Both the position numbers and the translations under genes were made by a program. A DNA stretch of 64,000 nt from Gemmatimonadota bacterium (lineage in GTDB: Bacteria > Gemmatimonadota > Gemmatimonadetes > Gemmatimonadales > GWC2-71-9). The stretch is from the NCBI GenBank assembly GCA_034439775.1, contig JAWXBA010000153.1:6269-70268 (forward strand), given 5' to 3'. Shown one piece after another: positions 33,344 through 44,368 of this stretch. Position 1 is the first letter of the stretch, and each line of letters begins with the position of its first letter. The notes under the pieces were generated by a model that was not told the DNA's origin, did not search any database, and saw only the letters and a list, made by a program, of their open reading frames with translations.

Positions 33344-34216
33344 TCAGGCCAAGGCGTGCTTGACCAGCTCGACCACATCCACCGGCCGCTCCATGACAGC
33401 AATACCGGCGGCGCGGAAGGCGGCGATCTTCTCTTCGGCCGTGCCACTCGACCCGGAGATGATGGCCCCGGCATGCCCCATCCGTCGTCCCGGCGGGGCG
33501 GTCTGTCCCGCAATGAAGCCCACCACCGGCTTGCGGACGTACTCCTGCACGAAGGCCGCGGCCTTCTGCTCGTCGGTGCCACCGATTTCGCCCATCATCA
33601 CGATGGCATCGGTGTCGGGATCGTCCTGGAACACCCGGAGGCAGTCGACGAAGTTGGTGCCGATGACCGGATCGCCGCCGATCCCGACGCAGGTGGACTG
33701 GCCGATCCCGTTTCGGGTGAGGTGGTTGACCACCTCGTAGGTCAGGGTGCCCGACCGGGAGACCAGCCCCACGCGGCCCGGGGCACAGATCGACCCCGGA
33801 ATGATCCCGACCTTGGCCGACCCCGGCGAGATGGCGCCCGGGCAGTTGGGCCCGATCAGGCGGGCCCCGCGCTCCCGGACAAACGGCATGACGCGGGTCA
33901 TGTCCATCACGGGCACACCCTCGGTGATGCAGACCACCAGGGCGATGCCGGCGTCGACCGCCTCATAGATGGCGCCAGCGGCGCCGGCCGGCGGCACATA
34001 GATGACCGAGGTGTTGGCAGCCGTCTGGGCCACGGCCTCGGCCACCGTGTTGAAGACCGGCACGGAACCCTCGAACTGCTGGCCGCCCTTGCCCGGGGTG
34101 ACCCCGGCAACCACCTGGGTGCCATACTCGATCATCTGCCGGCTGTGGAACGATCCGTCACGGCCGGTGATCCCCTGGACCACCAGCCTGGTGTCCGGGC
34201 CAATGAAGATGCTCAC
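33344..34216 (-). CDS. sucD: Succinyl-CoA ligase subunit alpha
   Basis: [12 protein letters not shown] and [10 protein letters not shown] (phospho-His) motifs. Confidence 0.95.
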   Translation of the reverse strand: MSIFIGPDTRLVVQGITGRDGSFHSRQMIEYGTQVVAGVTPGKGGQQFEGSVPVFNTVAEAVAQTAANTSVIYVPPAGAAGAIYEAVDAGIALVVCITEGVPVMDMTRVMPFVRERGARLIGPNCPGAISPGSAKVGIIPGSICAPGRVGLVSRSGTLTYEVVNHLTRNGIGQSTCVGIGGDPVIGTNFVDCLRVFQDDPDTDAIVMMGEIGGTDEQKAAAFVQEYVRKPVVGFIAGQTAPPGRRMGHAGAIISGSSGTAEEKIAAFRAAGIAVMERPVDVVELVKHALA

Positions 34217-35352
34217 GCCGCCTCCTTGGCCAGCTCCACCACCCGGGATACGGCGGTGTCCATGTCGTTGAGGGCGGTCATCCCGATACCCTCGAGGATG
34301 GCGATCGCCTCGGTCTCGTTGGTACCGGTCAGGCGCACCACGATCGGCACCGTGACCGGGAACTGGGCCAGTGCCGTCTTGATGCCGTTGGCCACGTCGT
34401 CGGTCCGGGTGATCCCGCCGAAGATATTGAACAGGATCGCCTTGACGCTCGGGTCGGCGGTGATGATCCGCAGGGCGTTGACCACCTTGTCGGGGTTGGA
34501 GCTGCCGCCGATGTCCAGGAAGTTGGCCGGTTCGCCCCCGTAGTACTTGACCAGGTCCATGGTGGCCATGGCCAGCCCCGCCCCGTTGACGACGCAGCCG
34601 ACGTTGCCGTCCAGCTTGATGAAGGTCAGGTCGGCCTTGCGGGCCGCCACCTCGCTGGGCTCCTCGGCGCTCTCGTCGCGCATCGCGGCCAGATCGGGAT
34701 GGCGGTAGAGGGCGTTGTCGTCGAGCGAGACCTTGGCATCGAGCGCCAGGACCCGGCCATCCGGCGTGGTCACCAGCGGGTTGATCTCCGCCAGGGTGGC
34801 GTCGTTGTCCATGGCAACCTGATAGAGGCGCATCATGATGTCGGCCGCGGCACGGGCCAGCTTGATGTCGGGATACAGGAACAGCCCGAGCGTCAGGGCC
34901 TGGTGGGGCAGCAACCCGTAGCGTGGATCGACCGCCAGCCGCTGGATCTTTTCCGGGGTCTTGGCCGCCACTTCTTCGATGTCGATCCCGCCCGCCGGGC
35001 TGACCATGAACACTGGTCGCTGGGTCTCCCGGTCCAGGATGATTCCCACGTACGCCTCGGCGACAATCTCTGCCGCCGGGACGACCAGGACCTTGTGGAC
35101 GGTGAGCCCCTTGATCTGCATGCCCAGGATCTTGGCGGCGGCCTCGCGCGCCTCAGCAGGAGTGTTCACCACCTTGACGCCTCCAGCCTTGCCGCGGCCA
35201 CCGGCGTGGACCTGAGCCTTGACCACCACCTTGGCACCCAGACGCCGGGCAATCGCCTCAGCCTCGTCGGGGGTGGTGGCAACATCGCCATCGAATTGGG
35301 GGACACCTGCCGCCTTCAGGAGGCCGCGCGCCTGGTACTCATGAAGATTCAC
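34213..35352 (-). CDS. sucC: Succinyl-CoA ligase subunit beta
   Basis: [13 protein letters not shown]-terminus (canonical MNLHEYQ). GTG 35352 is preceded by GAGGTG at 5 nt. The ORF-track ATG 35385 adds 11 non-conserved residues. Confidence 0.92.
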   Translation of the reverse strand: MNLHEYQARGLLKAAGVPQFDGDVATTPDEAEAIARRLGAKVVVKAQVHAGGRGKAGGVKVVNTPAEAREAAAKILGMQIKGLTVHKVLVVPAAEIVAEAYVGIILDRETQRPVFMVSPAGGIDIEEVAAKTPEKIQRLAVDPRYGLLPHQALTLGLFLYPDIKLARAAADIMMRLYQVAMDNDATLAEINPLVTTPDGRVLALDAKVSLDDNALYRHPDLAAMRDESAEEPSEVAARKADLTFIKLDGNVGCVVNGAGLAMATMDLVKYYGGEPANFLDIGGSSNPDKVVNALRIITADPSVKAILFNIFGGITRTDDVANGIKTALAQFPVTVPIVVRLTGTNETEAIAILEGIGMTALNDMDTAVSRVVELAKEAA

Positions 35353-35417
35353 ATCCACCTCGTGCGGGGTGTGGGGCCGGAACACCGGACAGGATCAAGA
35401 TGCCCGCCAAGCCCCGA

Positions 35418-35446
35418 AAGATAGTCAGTCAGCTAACCGGTAACAA
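35418..35446 (-). promoter_or_regulatory. Sigma-70-type promoter candidate for sucCD
   Basis: Minus strand reads TTGTTA (35446-35441), a 17-nt spacer, then TATCTT (35423-35418), in the AT-richer spacer after the UPF0182 stop. Confidence 0.3.
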
Positions 35447-35451
35447 TTCCA

Positions 35452-37830
35452 TCACTTAGCCGGGCCCGGCGGATAGTCGAGGATGGCACGAAGTGCCTCG
35501 AACGCCCGGCCAAAAGCGGCCAGGTCGCCCCGCCGAAACGCCGAATCGGCCTTGAGCAGCCATTCCCTGGCCTCTCGCAGTTGCCCTGCGGCCCCGACGC
35601 TTACCGGCAGTGCCGCCACTTCCCCGCGAAGGTTGCGCCAGGAGGCATCGGCGCGGGGGCCGGTGCCGAACCGGGCTCCCAGGGCCAGGTTTACCACAGC
35701 GAGCGTGGCCCGGCCGGCGCTGTCCACGGCATGCCCGGTCTGGTAACCGACGAGGCCCGCTGCGGTCGCGACCAGATGGACCTGGCCGAGGATCAGGCGC
35801 GCACCGCTGGCACGGACCGAGTCGGTCATCTGCACCACGTACGGCAGTCGCTGCCACCGCTCTGCCAGCAGGCCGGGCCGGTCCAGGGTCGTGTCGGGAT
35901 GGTACCGAATCAGCCGCAGCTGGTCTGCGCCGGAACGATGTTCCGCTTCAAGCAGCGCCACGACCTGCTGGCCATCGGTCGGCAGGTACGCCATTTCCCG
36001 CACCGGCCCCGCCAGGGAATCGAGTCGGCCAGCGCCCCCGAGAGTGCCGATTCCCCAGTGCGGGCGCTGCAGGACCCTGGCCTGCACGGCAAAGAGTTCG
36101 CCCGGGTAGTGCAACTGGTCGGCCAGACCGGGCGGCAGCGCCCCGGCGGATTCCACCAGACCCCCGGCGATCGCCGTCCATGCTGCGGCCACGGGGTCCG
36201 CCCTGCCCCGTTCAAAGATCCGGACCTTCCCGTCCGCTGCTCCGACCACTCCGACGAACGCAGCCCGCAGGTAGGAGACCGAACGCCCCCGCCACGGAGT
36301 CGGTGCCACCCCCGGAAACGAGGCGCCGTGGAGGTAACCATCGGCCACCCAGAGGAGCCTCCCCTCGACAATTCGCGGGCGGGGTGCGCTCCACTCCGCA
36401 AACGGGGCAATGACATGCAGTCGCTCTCCCGGATCAAGCCTCCAGTCGAGGTGCGCCGAGGGGTCGACGGCCAGCATGTTTTCCTGCAACGCCCAGGTCA
36501 GTACGAGTCGCCGCAGCGTTCCTCCGGCCGCCACTCCCCCGTCGTGGGAAAACACCCGAACTGTGTCAAGCCCGGGCCAGGACCGTGCATCGGGCCACTC
36601 GGCGATCGGAATCAGGCCGGGCAACGGTTCCGTGGCATTGGCACGGTAACTCAACGGCCCCCCCGCCGAGGTGACCAGGGCATCCGCCATCTGATACCCC
36701 TGGATCCCGTGGCCCTCCGGATCGACGCCCACCAGCAGCAATCCGACCCCGGCACCCCCTCCCACGGCGGCGACGCGGTCGGCGCCGATCCAGGCGCCGC
36801 TCGGGGGCAGCGCCAGCGCCTCGTCCCAGAGCCTCAACTCAAGGGACCCCAGGTCGCCATCGGAAGCAGCACCCCCTCGTCGCTCAATGAGTTCGGGAAG
36901 GTGGAATGCCTCGCGCTCAAGTTCTCGCACCACCTGGCTGGTCTGCAAGGAATCGCCGCTGGTGCCCGCGGCCGGCGCAAGCAGGCGGATGGCGATGGCG
37001 CAGAGCGCAAACGAGGCCCAGCCGCCGATCGGCAGCATCATTCGACCCCGGATTCCCCAGACCAGGGTCAGCACCGCGACGGCAAGTGAAAAGCCCACCA
37101 TGCCGCGGGCGAGGGTACTGAGGAGTGAGAGGTGCGCGGCACTCATGGAGGGACGCAGCCCGCCCGCCAACTGGAGCGGCTCGAGGAAATAGCCGGCGCC
37201 GAGCAGCAGCGCCAGGAGCGCCCCCAGCAGTCCGAGGTGCAACCGGATGGCGGGGGCGAGGGTGAACTCCCTGGCGGCGACGCGAAGGGCGCCCGCCACG
37301 ATGTACAGCATCGTGGTGGCGACGAACCCGAGGAGCGCCAGTGCCAGGAGGAACTGCTGCAGGATCAGCAGCGCCGGCAGGGTGCCGAGGAAGAAACCGA
37401 TATCCCAGCCCAGGTGGGCGTCGAGCAACCCGAAACTGGGATTCTCGATGGCCAGAGCCACCTGAGGAGCCCAGGCGCTGCTGCCGGCCCCACAGAGGAC
37501 GCCGAGCAGGATGGCGATCCCGCTGGACCACCAGCGGAGAAATACCGGCGCTACGACGCCGGAGTCTGGGGGGTTGAGTGCCGCTGCGCGGCTGCCGAGT
37601 CGGGCGGCGGTGAGGAGGCCAGCGGCAAACCACGCAATGCTGAGGAGTACGGCGCCAACGTCCAGCATGGCCCGGAGCAGCGACCAGCGAACCGCGAACA
37701 GGGTACCGGCGGGGCTGGCACCTGCTGCCCACCAACTCTCGGCGAGAAAACCGGCCACCGATCGCCCCGCGAAGAGGACGCCGGCCAGGCCGGCGAAGAC
37801 GACCAGGGCCCGACGACCACGGGTGGTCAT
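35452..37830 (-). CDS. UPF0182-family polytopic membrane protein
   Basis: N-terminal multi-TM region, large soluble C-terminal part with LHYPGELFAVQARVL (compare UPF0182 RYPxDLFxxQ). Start at ATG 37830 (MTTRGRRALVV); the first 129 codons of the ORF-track call overlap the upstream gene out of frame. Confidence 0.65.
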   Translation of the reverse strand: MTTRGRRALVVFAGLAGVLFAGRSVAGFLAESWWAAGASPAGTLFAVRWSLLRAMLDVGAVLLSIAWFAAGLLTAARLGSRAAALNPPDSGVVAPVFLRWWSSGIAILLGVLCGAGSSAWAPQVALAIENPSFGLLDAHLGWDIGFFLGTLPALLILQQFLLALALLGFVATTMLYIVAGALRVAAREFTLAPAIRLHLGLLGALLALLLGAGYFLEPLQLAGGLRPSMSAAHLSLLSTLARGMVGFSLAVAVLTLVWGIRGRMMLPIGGWASFALCAIAIRLLAPAAGTSGDSLQTSQVVRELEREAFHLPELIERRGGAASDGDLGSLELRLWDEALALPPSGAWIGADRVAAVGGGAGVGLLLVGVDPEGHGIQGYQMADALVTSAGGPLSYRANATEPLPGLIPIAEWPDARSWPGLDTVRVFSHDGGVAAGGTLRRLVLTWALQENMLAVDPSAHLDWRLDPGERLHVIAPFAEWSAPRPRIVEGRLLWVADGYLHGASFPGVAPTPWRGRSVSYLRAAFVGVVGAADGKVRIFERGRADPVAAAWTAIAGGLVESAGALPPGLADQLHYPGELFAVQARVLQRPHWGIGTLGGAGRLDSLAGPVREMAYLPTDGQQVVALLEAEHRSGADQLRLIRYHPDTTLDRPGLLAERWQRLPYVVQMTDSVRASGARLILGQVHLVATAAGLVGYQTGHAVDSAGRATLAVVNLALGARFGTGPRADASWRNLRGEVAALPVSVGAAGQLREAREWLLKADSAFRRGDLAAFGRAFEALRAILDYPPGPAK

Positions 37831-37834
37831 CGCT

Positions 37835-39205
37835 TCAGGGGGTGACGCCCTGGCCGGCCAGCCATGCAAACACCTCGGCCCGATACCGCTCCAGGGCCTC
37901 CTGGCTGGTGGCCTCGAAGCGGAGGACCAGCACCGGTTGGGTGTTCGAGGCCCGCAGGAGTCCCCAGCCATCGGGAAACGCGATCCGCACCCCGTCGATG
38001 GTGTTGACCTCGTAGCGTCCGGTGAAGTATTCGACGGCGCGGTCCACGATTCCAAACTTGACGTCATCCGGGCAATCGACCCGCAGCTCCGGGGTGGCAA
38101 AGGTCTCGGGCAGGTCGGCCAGCAGCCGCGCCATGCCGTGCGGGCCGGCGGCCACGATCTCGAGCAGCCGGGCAGCGGCAAAGATCGCGTCGTCAAACCC
38201 GTACCAGTCACCGCCAAAGAATATGTGCCCGCTCATCTCGCCGGCGAGCGGGGCGCCGAGTTCCTTCATCCGTGCCTTGATCAGGGAGTGCCCGGTCTTC
38301 CACATCTCGGGGATGGCACCTGCAGCGGTGAGCGCCTTGGGAAGCAGCTCCGAGCATTTGACGTCAAAAATGACCGGGGTGCCCTTGCCGAACCGGCGCA
38401 CCGCATCGCGGCCGAAGATGACCAGGAGCTGGTCGCCGAAGATGGCGCGCGAGTTCTCGTCGACGGCGCCAATCCGGTCGCCGTCGCCGTCGAAGGCAAT
38501 GCCAAGCTCAGCCCCGGTCCGGCGCACCTCGCGCTGCAGGTCCACCAGGTTTTCCAAAACGGTTGGATCGGGGTGATGGTTGGGAAAGGTGCCGTCGGAG
38601 TCGCAGAAGATCGGCACCACCTCGGCGCCGAGCGCCTCGAGGGTGCTGACGGCGATCAGGCTGGCCACTCCGTTGCCGCAGTCGACGACCACCCGGACAG
38701 GCCGCGCCAGCGTGTGCCGGCCGACGATCGCTTCCTTGTAGGCCTGGAGCACCGAGCTGTCGGCGGTCTGGCTGCCATGTCCCGACCGCCACTGTTCGGT
38801 GGTGATCGTTCCCCAGAGGTCGAGGATGGTGTCGCCGTGTACCGAATCCCCCGCGAGGACCATCTTGAAACCGTTGAACTCGGGCGGGTTGTGTGACCCG
38901 GTGACCTGCATCCCGCCGTCGGTGGCCAGATGGTGGATCGCGAAATAGAGGGCCGGCGTGGGCAGCTCCCCGACATCCACGGCAATACCACCGGAGTCGG
39001 CAATGCCGGCCCGGACCGCATTGGCCAGCTCCGGGCCGGAGGGGCGGTTGTCTCGACCCACCGCGAGTGTTGGGGTACGGCCCAGGCGTTCCCAGGCCAG
39101 GGTGGCATAGGCGCGACCGAGGGCGCGGGCAAACTCGGGGGTGAGCTCGCGCCCCACGATGCCGCGCACGTCATACTGTCGAAAGATGGACTTGGGGACC
39201 TTCAC
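37835..39205 (-). CDS. Phosphomannomutase/phosphoglucomutase (alpha-D-phosphohexomutase)
   Basis: TGSHNPPEFNGFK active-site Ser loop, FDGDGDR metal loop and GEMSGH sugar loop. GTG 39205 (VKVPKSIFRQYDVRG). Confidence 0.88.
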   Translation of the reverse strand: MKVPKSIFRQYDVRGIVGRELTPEFARALGRAYATLAWERLGRTPTLAVGRDNRPSGPELANAVRAGIADSGGIAVDVGELPTPALYFAIHHLATDGGMQVTGSHNPPEFNGFKMVLAGDSVHGDTILDLWGTITTEQWRSGHGSQTADSSVLQAYKEAIVGRHTLARPVRVVVDCGNGVASLIAVSTLEALGAEVVPIFCDSDGTFPNHHPDPTVLENLVDLQREVRRTGAELGIAFDGDGDRIGAVDENSRAIFGDQLLVIFGRDAVRRFGKGTPVIFDVKCSELLPKALTAAGAIPEMWKTGHSLIKARMKELGAPLAGEMSGHIFFGGDWYGFDDAIFAAARLLEIVAAGPHGMARLLADLPETFATPELRVDCPDDVKFGIVDRAVEYFTGRYEVNTIDGVRIAFPDGWGLLRASNTQPVLVLRFEATSQEALERYRAEVFAWLAGQGVTP

Positions 39206-39227
39206 AAACCCTCCCGGCAGGAACTGT

Positions 39228-40739
39228 TCAGGGGGCCGCGACTCCCGCCAGGGACGCGGTGGCCGATCCGACGGTTTGTGCCGTGGTGGCGGCCCATTCC
39301 AGGATCGGGGCGGGCCAGATGCCGAGGAGTATGACCAGCACGGTGGCAACCCCGATCACCCAGCCCGCCGGCCGCGCCAGGGACCCCATGGATGCCGGCG
39401 CATTCTCGGGTCCCGGCTTCATCCAGAGGGAGGCAACCACCGGGAGGTAGTAGCCCGCGGAGACCAGGCTGGTGAGCACCAGGATGACGGCCAGCGTCGA
39501 CCCGCTGCGGTCCACCAGGGCGGCCAGAATCGACCACTTGCCGATGAACCCGAAGGTGCCCGGAAAACCAAGCAGCGAGAGCATGCCAATGGTGAGTGCC
39601 ACCGCCAGGCCAGGGTGGCTGCGCCCCATGCCGGCGAGCGACTCCACGGTCACGTCCCGCTCGCCGTCGCGACCGATGACTCCGAGGATGCCGAAGGTGA
39701 CGATGGTGGTCAGGACATACGCGCCAAGGTAGATGAGCACTGGTGCGGGGCCGCGCTCGGGGCCAGCCCAGACCGCCGCCAGCAGGTAGCCCGCGTGGGC
39801 CACTGAGCTGTACGCCAGCATCCGCTTGATGGAGCGCTGCGCCAGGGCGACCAGGTTCCCGATGAGCATCGTCAGGACCGCCAGGAACGCGACCGGCTCG
39901 GACCATACCGAGAGGTGGCCGGGGAAGGCCTCGTAGAGGACCCGGGCCAGCGCCAGGAAGCCGGCGGCCTTGACGCCGGTGGCCATCAAGGTGGTGACCG
40001 GGGTCGGTGCGCCATCGTAGACGTCGGGGGCCCACATGTGGAACGGTGCGGCGGCCACCTTGAAGCCGAGGCCGATGATCAGCAGCGCCAGACCGGCCAT
40101 GGCCATGACCGAAAGCGGCGCGCCACCGAGCTGGCGGCCGATGGCCGCGAGATCGGTGGTGCCGGCCGCGCCATAGACGAGGGCAATGCCATAGAGCAGG
40201 AATGCCGAGGCGAAGGCACCGATCAGGAAATACTTGATGGCCGCTTCGCAGGCGAACTGGCTGCGCCGGTCAAATCCGGCCAGGACATAGAGCGCCACCG
40301 ACATCACTTCGAGTCCCAGGAAGAGGACGATGAGGTCGGAGGCCCCGGCCAGGAACATCATCCCGATGGCGGTGAACAGCACCAGCGGGTAGTACTCGGG
40401 GGCCAGGAGATTCTCCCGCTCCATGTAGCTCAGCGACAGCATGATCACCCCGGCGGTGGCCAGGAGGATCAGCCCCACGGAGGCAAACCGGAACGAGTCC
40501 AGCGCCACCATGGGGGCTCCCTCGAGCGGGGTGGCCCCGATCCAGCAGAGGAGCAGCAACCCCGCGCCTGCGGCCGCCACTCCGGCCAGGCTGACCCAGC
40601 CGACCAGGCGGCTGTCGGCCGCCGTCTGGTGCCGCCAGGCGGTGACCAGCAGCGCCACCAGGGAGGCGGCGGTGAGGATCAGCTCGGGGAGCAGGGCCAG
40701 CGCCATTCCCGCGGGGCGCGCCATATCGATGGGGGTCAC
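39228..40739 (-). CDS. nuoN: NADH-quinone oxidoreductase subunit N
   Basis: Polytopic antiporter-like subunit (KYFLIGAFASAFLLYG, APFHMWAPDVYDGAPTP). GTG 40739 overlaps the nuoM stop (GTGA); ATG 40724 is the alternative. The 1011-aa ORF-track call is an out-of-frame read-through over nuoM. Confidence 0.9.
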   Translation of the reverse strand: MTPIDMARPAGMALALLPELILTAASLVALLVTAWRHQTAADSRLVGWVSLAGVAAAGAGLLLLCWIGATPLEGAPMVALDSFRFASVGLILLATAGVIMLSLSYMERENLLAPEYYPLVLFTAIGMMFLAGASDLIVLFLGLEVMSVALYVLAGFDRRSQFACEAAIKYFLIGAFASAFLLYGIALVYGAAGTTDLAAIGRQLGGAPLSVMAMAGLALLIIGLGFKVAAAPFHMWAPDVYDGAPTPVTTLMATGVKAAGFLALARVLYEAFPGHLSVWSEPVAFLAVLTMLIGNLVALAQRSIKRMLAYSSVAHAGYLLAAVWAGPERGPAPVLIYLGAYVLTTIVTFGILGVIGRDGERDVTVESLAGMGRSHPGLAVALTIGMLSLLGFPGTFGFIGKWSILAALVDRSGSTLAVILVLTSLVSAGYYLPVVASLWMKPGPENAPASMGSLARPAGWVIGVATVLVILLGIWPAPILEWAATTAQTVGSATASLAGVAAP

Positions 40740-42301
40740 TGCGGGCCTCCCGCCGTGGCACGGATCGCGGTGTTGCCGGCCACCGGCTCCGCGATCCGCA
40801 GGTGTTCGATGTACTTCCGGGAGGCCGGTTCCATCTTGTCGAGCACCGGCTTGGGATAGAGGCCCAGCCAGATCATCCCCAGCAGGAGCGGCAGCAGCAC
40901 CACCACTTCCCGAAGGTTGAGATCCAGCAGCTTTTCGTTCTCGGGCTTGTCGAGCTTTTCGAACAGCATCCGCTGGAGCGCCCAGAGCAGGTACGCGGCG
41001 GCAAAGATCACCCCCGTGGTGGCGACGGCGGTGGCCCAGGGATACCGGGCAAAGGTGCCGATCAGCACCAGGAACTCGCCCACAAACCCGCTCAGGCCGG
41101 GCAGGCCGATCGAGGCCAGCGCGGTGATGACGAAGGCGGCGCTGAACAGCGGCATGACCCGGGCGATCCCGCCGAAGGCGGAGATTTCCCGGGTGTGCCG
41201 GCGCTCGTACAACATGCCGATCAGGAAGAACAGCGCCCCGGTGGAGAGTCCGTGGCCAATCATGACCATCAAGGCGCCCTGCACCCCTTGCACGGTGCCG
41301 GCCCAGAGACCGAGGATCACGAATCCGAGGTGACTCACCGAGGAGTATGCCACGAGCTTCTTGACGTCTGGTTGGACCATGGCCACCAGGGCGCCATAGA
41401 CCACCCCGATGACACCAAGGCCGATCATCGTATAGGACACACCCCAGCTCATGGCGGCGTACGGGAAGATCGGGTTGGCAAACCGGAGAAAACCGTAGGT
41501 GCCCATCTTGAGCAGGACCGCGGCCAGCAGCACCGATCCGGCGGTCGGTGCCTCGACGTGGGCATCCGGCAACCAGGTGTGGAATGGAAAGATCGGCACC
41601 TTGATGGCAAACGCCAGCGCGAAGGCCATGAACGGCAGCACCGCCACGGTGGAGATGGCCAGCGACTGCCCCTGGAGGTGCTCGTAGGCAAACGACCAGA
41701 CCCCGGTCTGGACCCGTACCCACCAGGCGGTGTAGATGATCGCCACCAGCATCAGCAGCGAGCCCGCCATGGTGTACAGGAAAAACTTGAAGGCGGCGTA
41801 GTGGCGGTTGCCACCACCCCAGATCCCGATCAGGAAGTACATCGGGATCAGCATCAGTTCCCAGAAGACGTAGAACACGAACAGGTCGAGCGCCAGGAAG
41901 ACGCCGATCACCCCGGTCGTCAGCGCCAGCAGGAGGGCGTAGTACCCCTTCTCCTGCTTGGCGATGTAGGTCCAGCTGCTGAGGACGCACAACGGCAGCA
42001 GCATCGTGGTCAGCAGGACCATGAAGAGGGAGATGCCGTCGATCCCCAGCCGGTAGTGAATGCCCCACCCCGGGATCCACGGGGTGGAACTGACCAGCTG
42101 CAGGGTGCCGGGCGCGGTATCCACCGCCCACCAGAGTCCGATCGACAAGATGAATTCGATGGTGGTGACGACCAGCGCCGTGCGCTTGGCCGCGGCGGCC
42201 GAGCCGAGGGCGATGGCAATCATTCCCGCCAGGGGGATCACGATCAGGGCATGGAGGATCCACTGCCCGTAGCCGATGGAATCAAGGAAGGCCGTCATCA
42301 T
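40736..42301 (-). CDS. nuoM: NADH-quinone oxidoreductase subunit M
   Basis: Antiporter-like subunit with FPFHTWLPDAHVEAPTAGSVLLA motif. Confidence 0.92.
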   Translation of the reverse strand: MMTAFLDSIGYGQWILHALIVIPLAGMIAIALGSAAAAKRTALVVTTIEFILSIGLWWAVDTAPGTLQLVSSTPWIPGWGIHYRLGIDGISLFMVLLTTMLLPLCVLSSWTYIAKQEKGYYALLLALTTGVIGVFLALDLFVFYVFWELMLIPMYFLIGIWGGGNRHYAAFKFFLYTMAGSLLMLVAIIYTAWWVRVQTGVWSFAYEHLQGQSLAISTVAVLPFMAFALAFAIKVPIFPFHTWLPDAHVEAPTAGSVLLAAVLLKMGTYGFLRFANPIFPYAAMSWGVSYTMIGLGVIGVVYGALVAMVQPDVKKLVAYSSVSHLGFVILGLWAGTVQGVQGALMVMIGHGLSTGALFFLIGMLYERRHTREISAFGGIARVMPLFSAAFVITALASIGLPGLSGFVGEFLVLIGTFARYPWATAVATTGVIFAAAYLLWALQRMLFEKLDKPENEKLLDLNLREVVVLLPLLLGMIWLGLYPKPVLDKMEPASRKYIEHLRIAEPVAGNTAIRATAGGPQ

Positions 42302-42304
42302 CGG

Positions 42305-44368
42305 TTACCGGGTCATGGCGCGGAGGAGCCACACCGCGCCGAGCAGGAATGTGAGCACGTAGACACCGACCTGACCGGTCTGGAGGCGGCTGCCCAGCCA
42401 GCCCAGTCCGCGCGCCGTGGCGGCCGAACCGTGGACCATGAGCCCGTCGATCAGCCCCTTGTCCACGCCCTTCCAGAGGACGATGCGCGACAGCCCGACC
42501 AGCGGCCGGACCACCACCGCGTGGTAGAGCTCATCGATGTAGTACTTGTGGTAGATGACCCGCCAGAGGCCCCGCTCGTCCGGGGCCTCTCCGGCGGCCA
42601 CCAGTGCCGCCCGACCGGTGCTGCGGAAGCCCCAGGCCAGGCCGGCCACAGCGATGAACACCGCACCGGCAATCAGCATCGCCTCGGTGGCGCCATGCGG
42701 CAGGTCGAGGGCCGCGAATCGGAGTGCCGGCTCCAGCACCGGCTCCAGCCAGGTGTCCAGCAGGTGATGGGGCAACCCCGGGATGAATCCGGGCAGGTTG
42801 AGCAGGCCGCCGGCCAGGCTCAACACTCCGAGGACCAGCAGCGGGCCGGTCATGATCCACGGCGCCTCGTGCAGGTGTTCCTGCTCCGCCTGCCCGGTCC
42901 GGTTCTGGCCCAGGAAGGTCATGCTCATGAGCCGCGCCATGTAGAATGCCGTCATCAGCGCCGCCGCGAGTCCCATTCCCCAGAACAGGTACCAGATCGG
43001 CGCCTCCGCTGCCCGCGAGAAGGCAAAGGCCAGGATCTCATCCTTGGAGAAGAAGCCGGAGAAGATCGGGATCCCGGCAATGGCCAGAGTGGCGATCATC
43101 ATCAGCCCGTAGGTCCACGGCAGGTACCGCTTGAGGCCGCCCATGTTGCGCATGTCCTGTGGATCGGCAGGCGAGTGGGTGGCATGGAGGGCGTGGTGCA
43201 TGGCGTGGATCACGCTGCCGGAACCGAGGAAGAGCAACGCCTTGAAGAAGGCGTGGGTGACCAGGTGGAAGACGCCGGCCACGTACGCCCCGGTCCCCAC
43301 GGCCAGAAACATGTAGCCGAGCTGGGAGACGGTGGAGTACGCCAGCACCTTCTTGATGTCGTATTGCCGGAGGCCGATGGTGGCGGCAAAGACCGCCGTC
43401 AGGGCACCGATACCCGCCACCACCATGCTGGTGGTCGGCGCCATGGCAAAGAGCACGCTGGTCCGCGCCACCAGGTACACGCCGGCGGTGACCATGGTGG
43501 CGGCATGGATCAGCGCCGACACCGGGGTGGGACCGGCCATGGCGTCGGGGAGCCAGGTGTAGAGCGGGATCTGGGCCGACTTGCCGGTGCAGCCGACAAA
43601 CAGCGCCATGGTGATCAGGGTAACGATCCCGCCGCCCACCACGAGGCCGGTTGGCGCCAGTTCGGCGATCTCGCTGAATTCGAGTGTCCCCAGCGACCAC
43701 CAGAGGGTGAACATCGCGACCAGGACCCCGAAGTCGCCGATCCGGTTGACGATGAACGCCTTCTTGCCCGCATCGGCGTTGGCCTTGTCCTGGTACCAGA
43801 AGCCGATCAGCAGGTAGGAGCAGAGGCCGACCCCTTCCCAGCCGATGAACAGCACCGGCAGGTTCGAGCCGAGCACCAGGATCAGCATGAACGCGACGAA
43901 CAGGTTCAGGTAGCTGAAGTAGCGGGCGTACCCCGGGTCGGCGCGCATATAGCCGACGGAAAAGATATGGATCAGGCTGCCGATGCCGGTAATGACCAGC
44001 ATCATGACCACCGAGAGCTGGTCGACCTGGAACTGCAGCGCCAGCTCGAGGGTGCCCACCGTCATCCAGTCCCAGTAATGCACCAGGATCGGGCCGGCGT
44101 GGGGCGCGGACCGGACTTCGAGAAAGACGAGGATCGCGATCACGAAGCTGCCGACCAGGACCGCCGGTCCGACCATCGACACGATCCGCTTGGCGTCCGG
44201 CCGCCAGAGCGCCAGCGCGCCGTTGACCAGGAACCCCAGAAACGGCAGCAACACCGCCATGCCGATGGCGGACACGACGCCCCCCGATGAAGCCGGGGCA
44301 GCAGCCTCGGCGCCTCCGGTGGCCTGGGCCAGGAGCGGGGCAAGGCCCGCCAGGACGGAGAATGTCAT
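42305..44368 (-). CDS. nuoL: NADH-quinone oxidoreductase subunit L
   Basis: Antiporter-like subunit with WLPDAMAGPTPVSALIHAATMV. ATG 44368 overlaps the nuoK stop (ATGA); the ORF-track extension to 44941 is spurious. Confidence 0.92.
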   Translation of the reverse strand: MTFSVLAGLAPLLAQATGGAEAAAPASSGGVVSAIGMAVLLPFLGFLVNGALALWRPDAKRIVSMVGPAVLVGSFVIAILVFLEVRSAPHAGPILVHYWDWMTVGTLELALQFQVDQLSVVMMLVITGIGSLIHIFSVGYMRADPGYARYFSYLNLFVAFMLILVLGSNLPVLFIGWEGVGLCSYLLIGFWYQDKANADAGKKAFIVNRIGDFGVLVAMFTLWWSLGTLEFSEIAELAPTGLVVGGGIVTLITMALFVGCTGKSAQIPLYTWLPDAMAGPTPVSALIHAATMVTAGVYLVARTSVLFAMAPTTSMVVAGIGALTAVFAATIGLRQYDIKKVLAYSTVSQLGYMFLAVGTGAYVAGVFHLVTHAFFKALLFLGSGSVIHAMHHALHATHSPADPQDMRNMGGLKRYLPWTYGLMMIATLAIAGIPIFSGFFSKDEILAFAFSRAAEAPIWYLFWGMGLAAALMTAFYMARLMSMTFLGQNRTGQAEQEHLHEAPWIMTGPLLVLGVLSLAGGLLNLPGFIPGLPHHLLDTWLEPVLEPALRFAALDLPHGATEAMLIAGAVFIAVAGLAWGFRSTGRAALVAAGEAPDERGLWRVIYHKYYIDELYHAVVVRPLVGLSRIVLWKGVDKGLIDGLMVHGSAATARGLGWLGSRLQTGQVGVYVLTFLLGAVWLLRAMTR

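Noticed and set aside
39228-42263. 1011-aa ORF suggesting a giant NuoN fusion; similarly 604 aa at 5296..7110, 878 aa at 42305..44941, 921 aa at 35452..38217 and 489 aa at 62408..63877
   Set aside because: In each case only the C-terminal part resembles a real protein. The N-terminal part overlaps the upstream gene in another frame. A start codon coupled to the upstream stop (ATGA/GTGA) gives a protein of canonical length.
40802-44290. 1162-aa plus-strand ORF, the longest in the window
   Set aside because: It lies entirely antisense to nuoN/nuoM/nuoL, which have unmistakable motifs. Its translation is low-complexity, dominated by H/R/D/G/P/Q, with no TM or domain pattern. This is a typical stop-codon-poor shadow frame of a high-GC genome.
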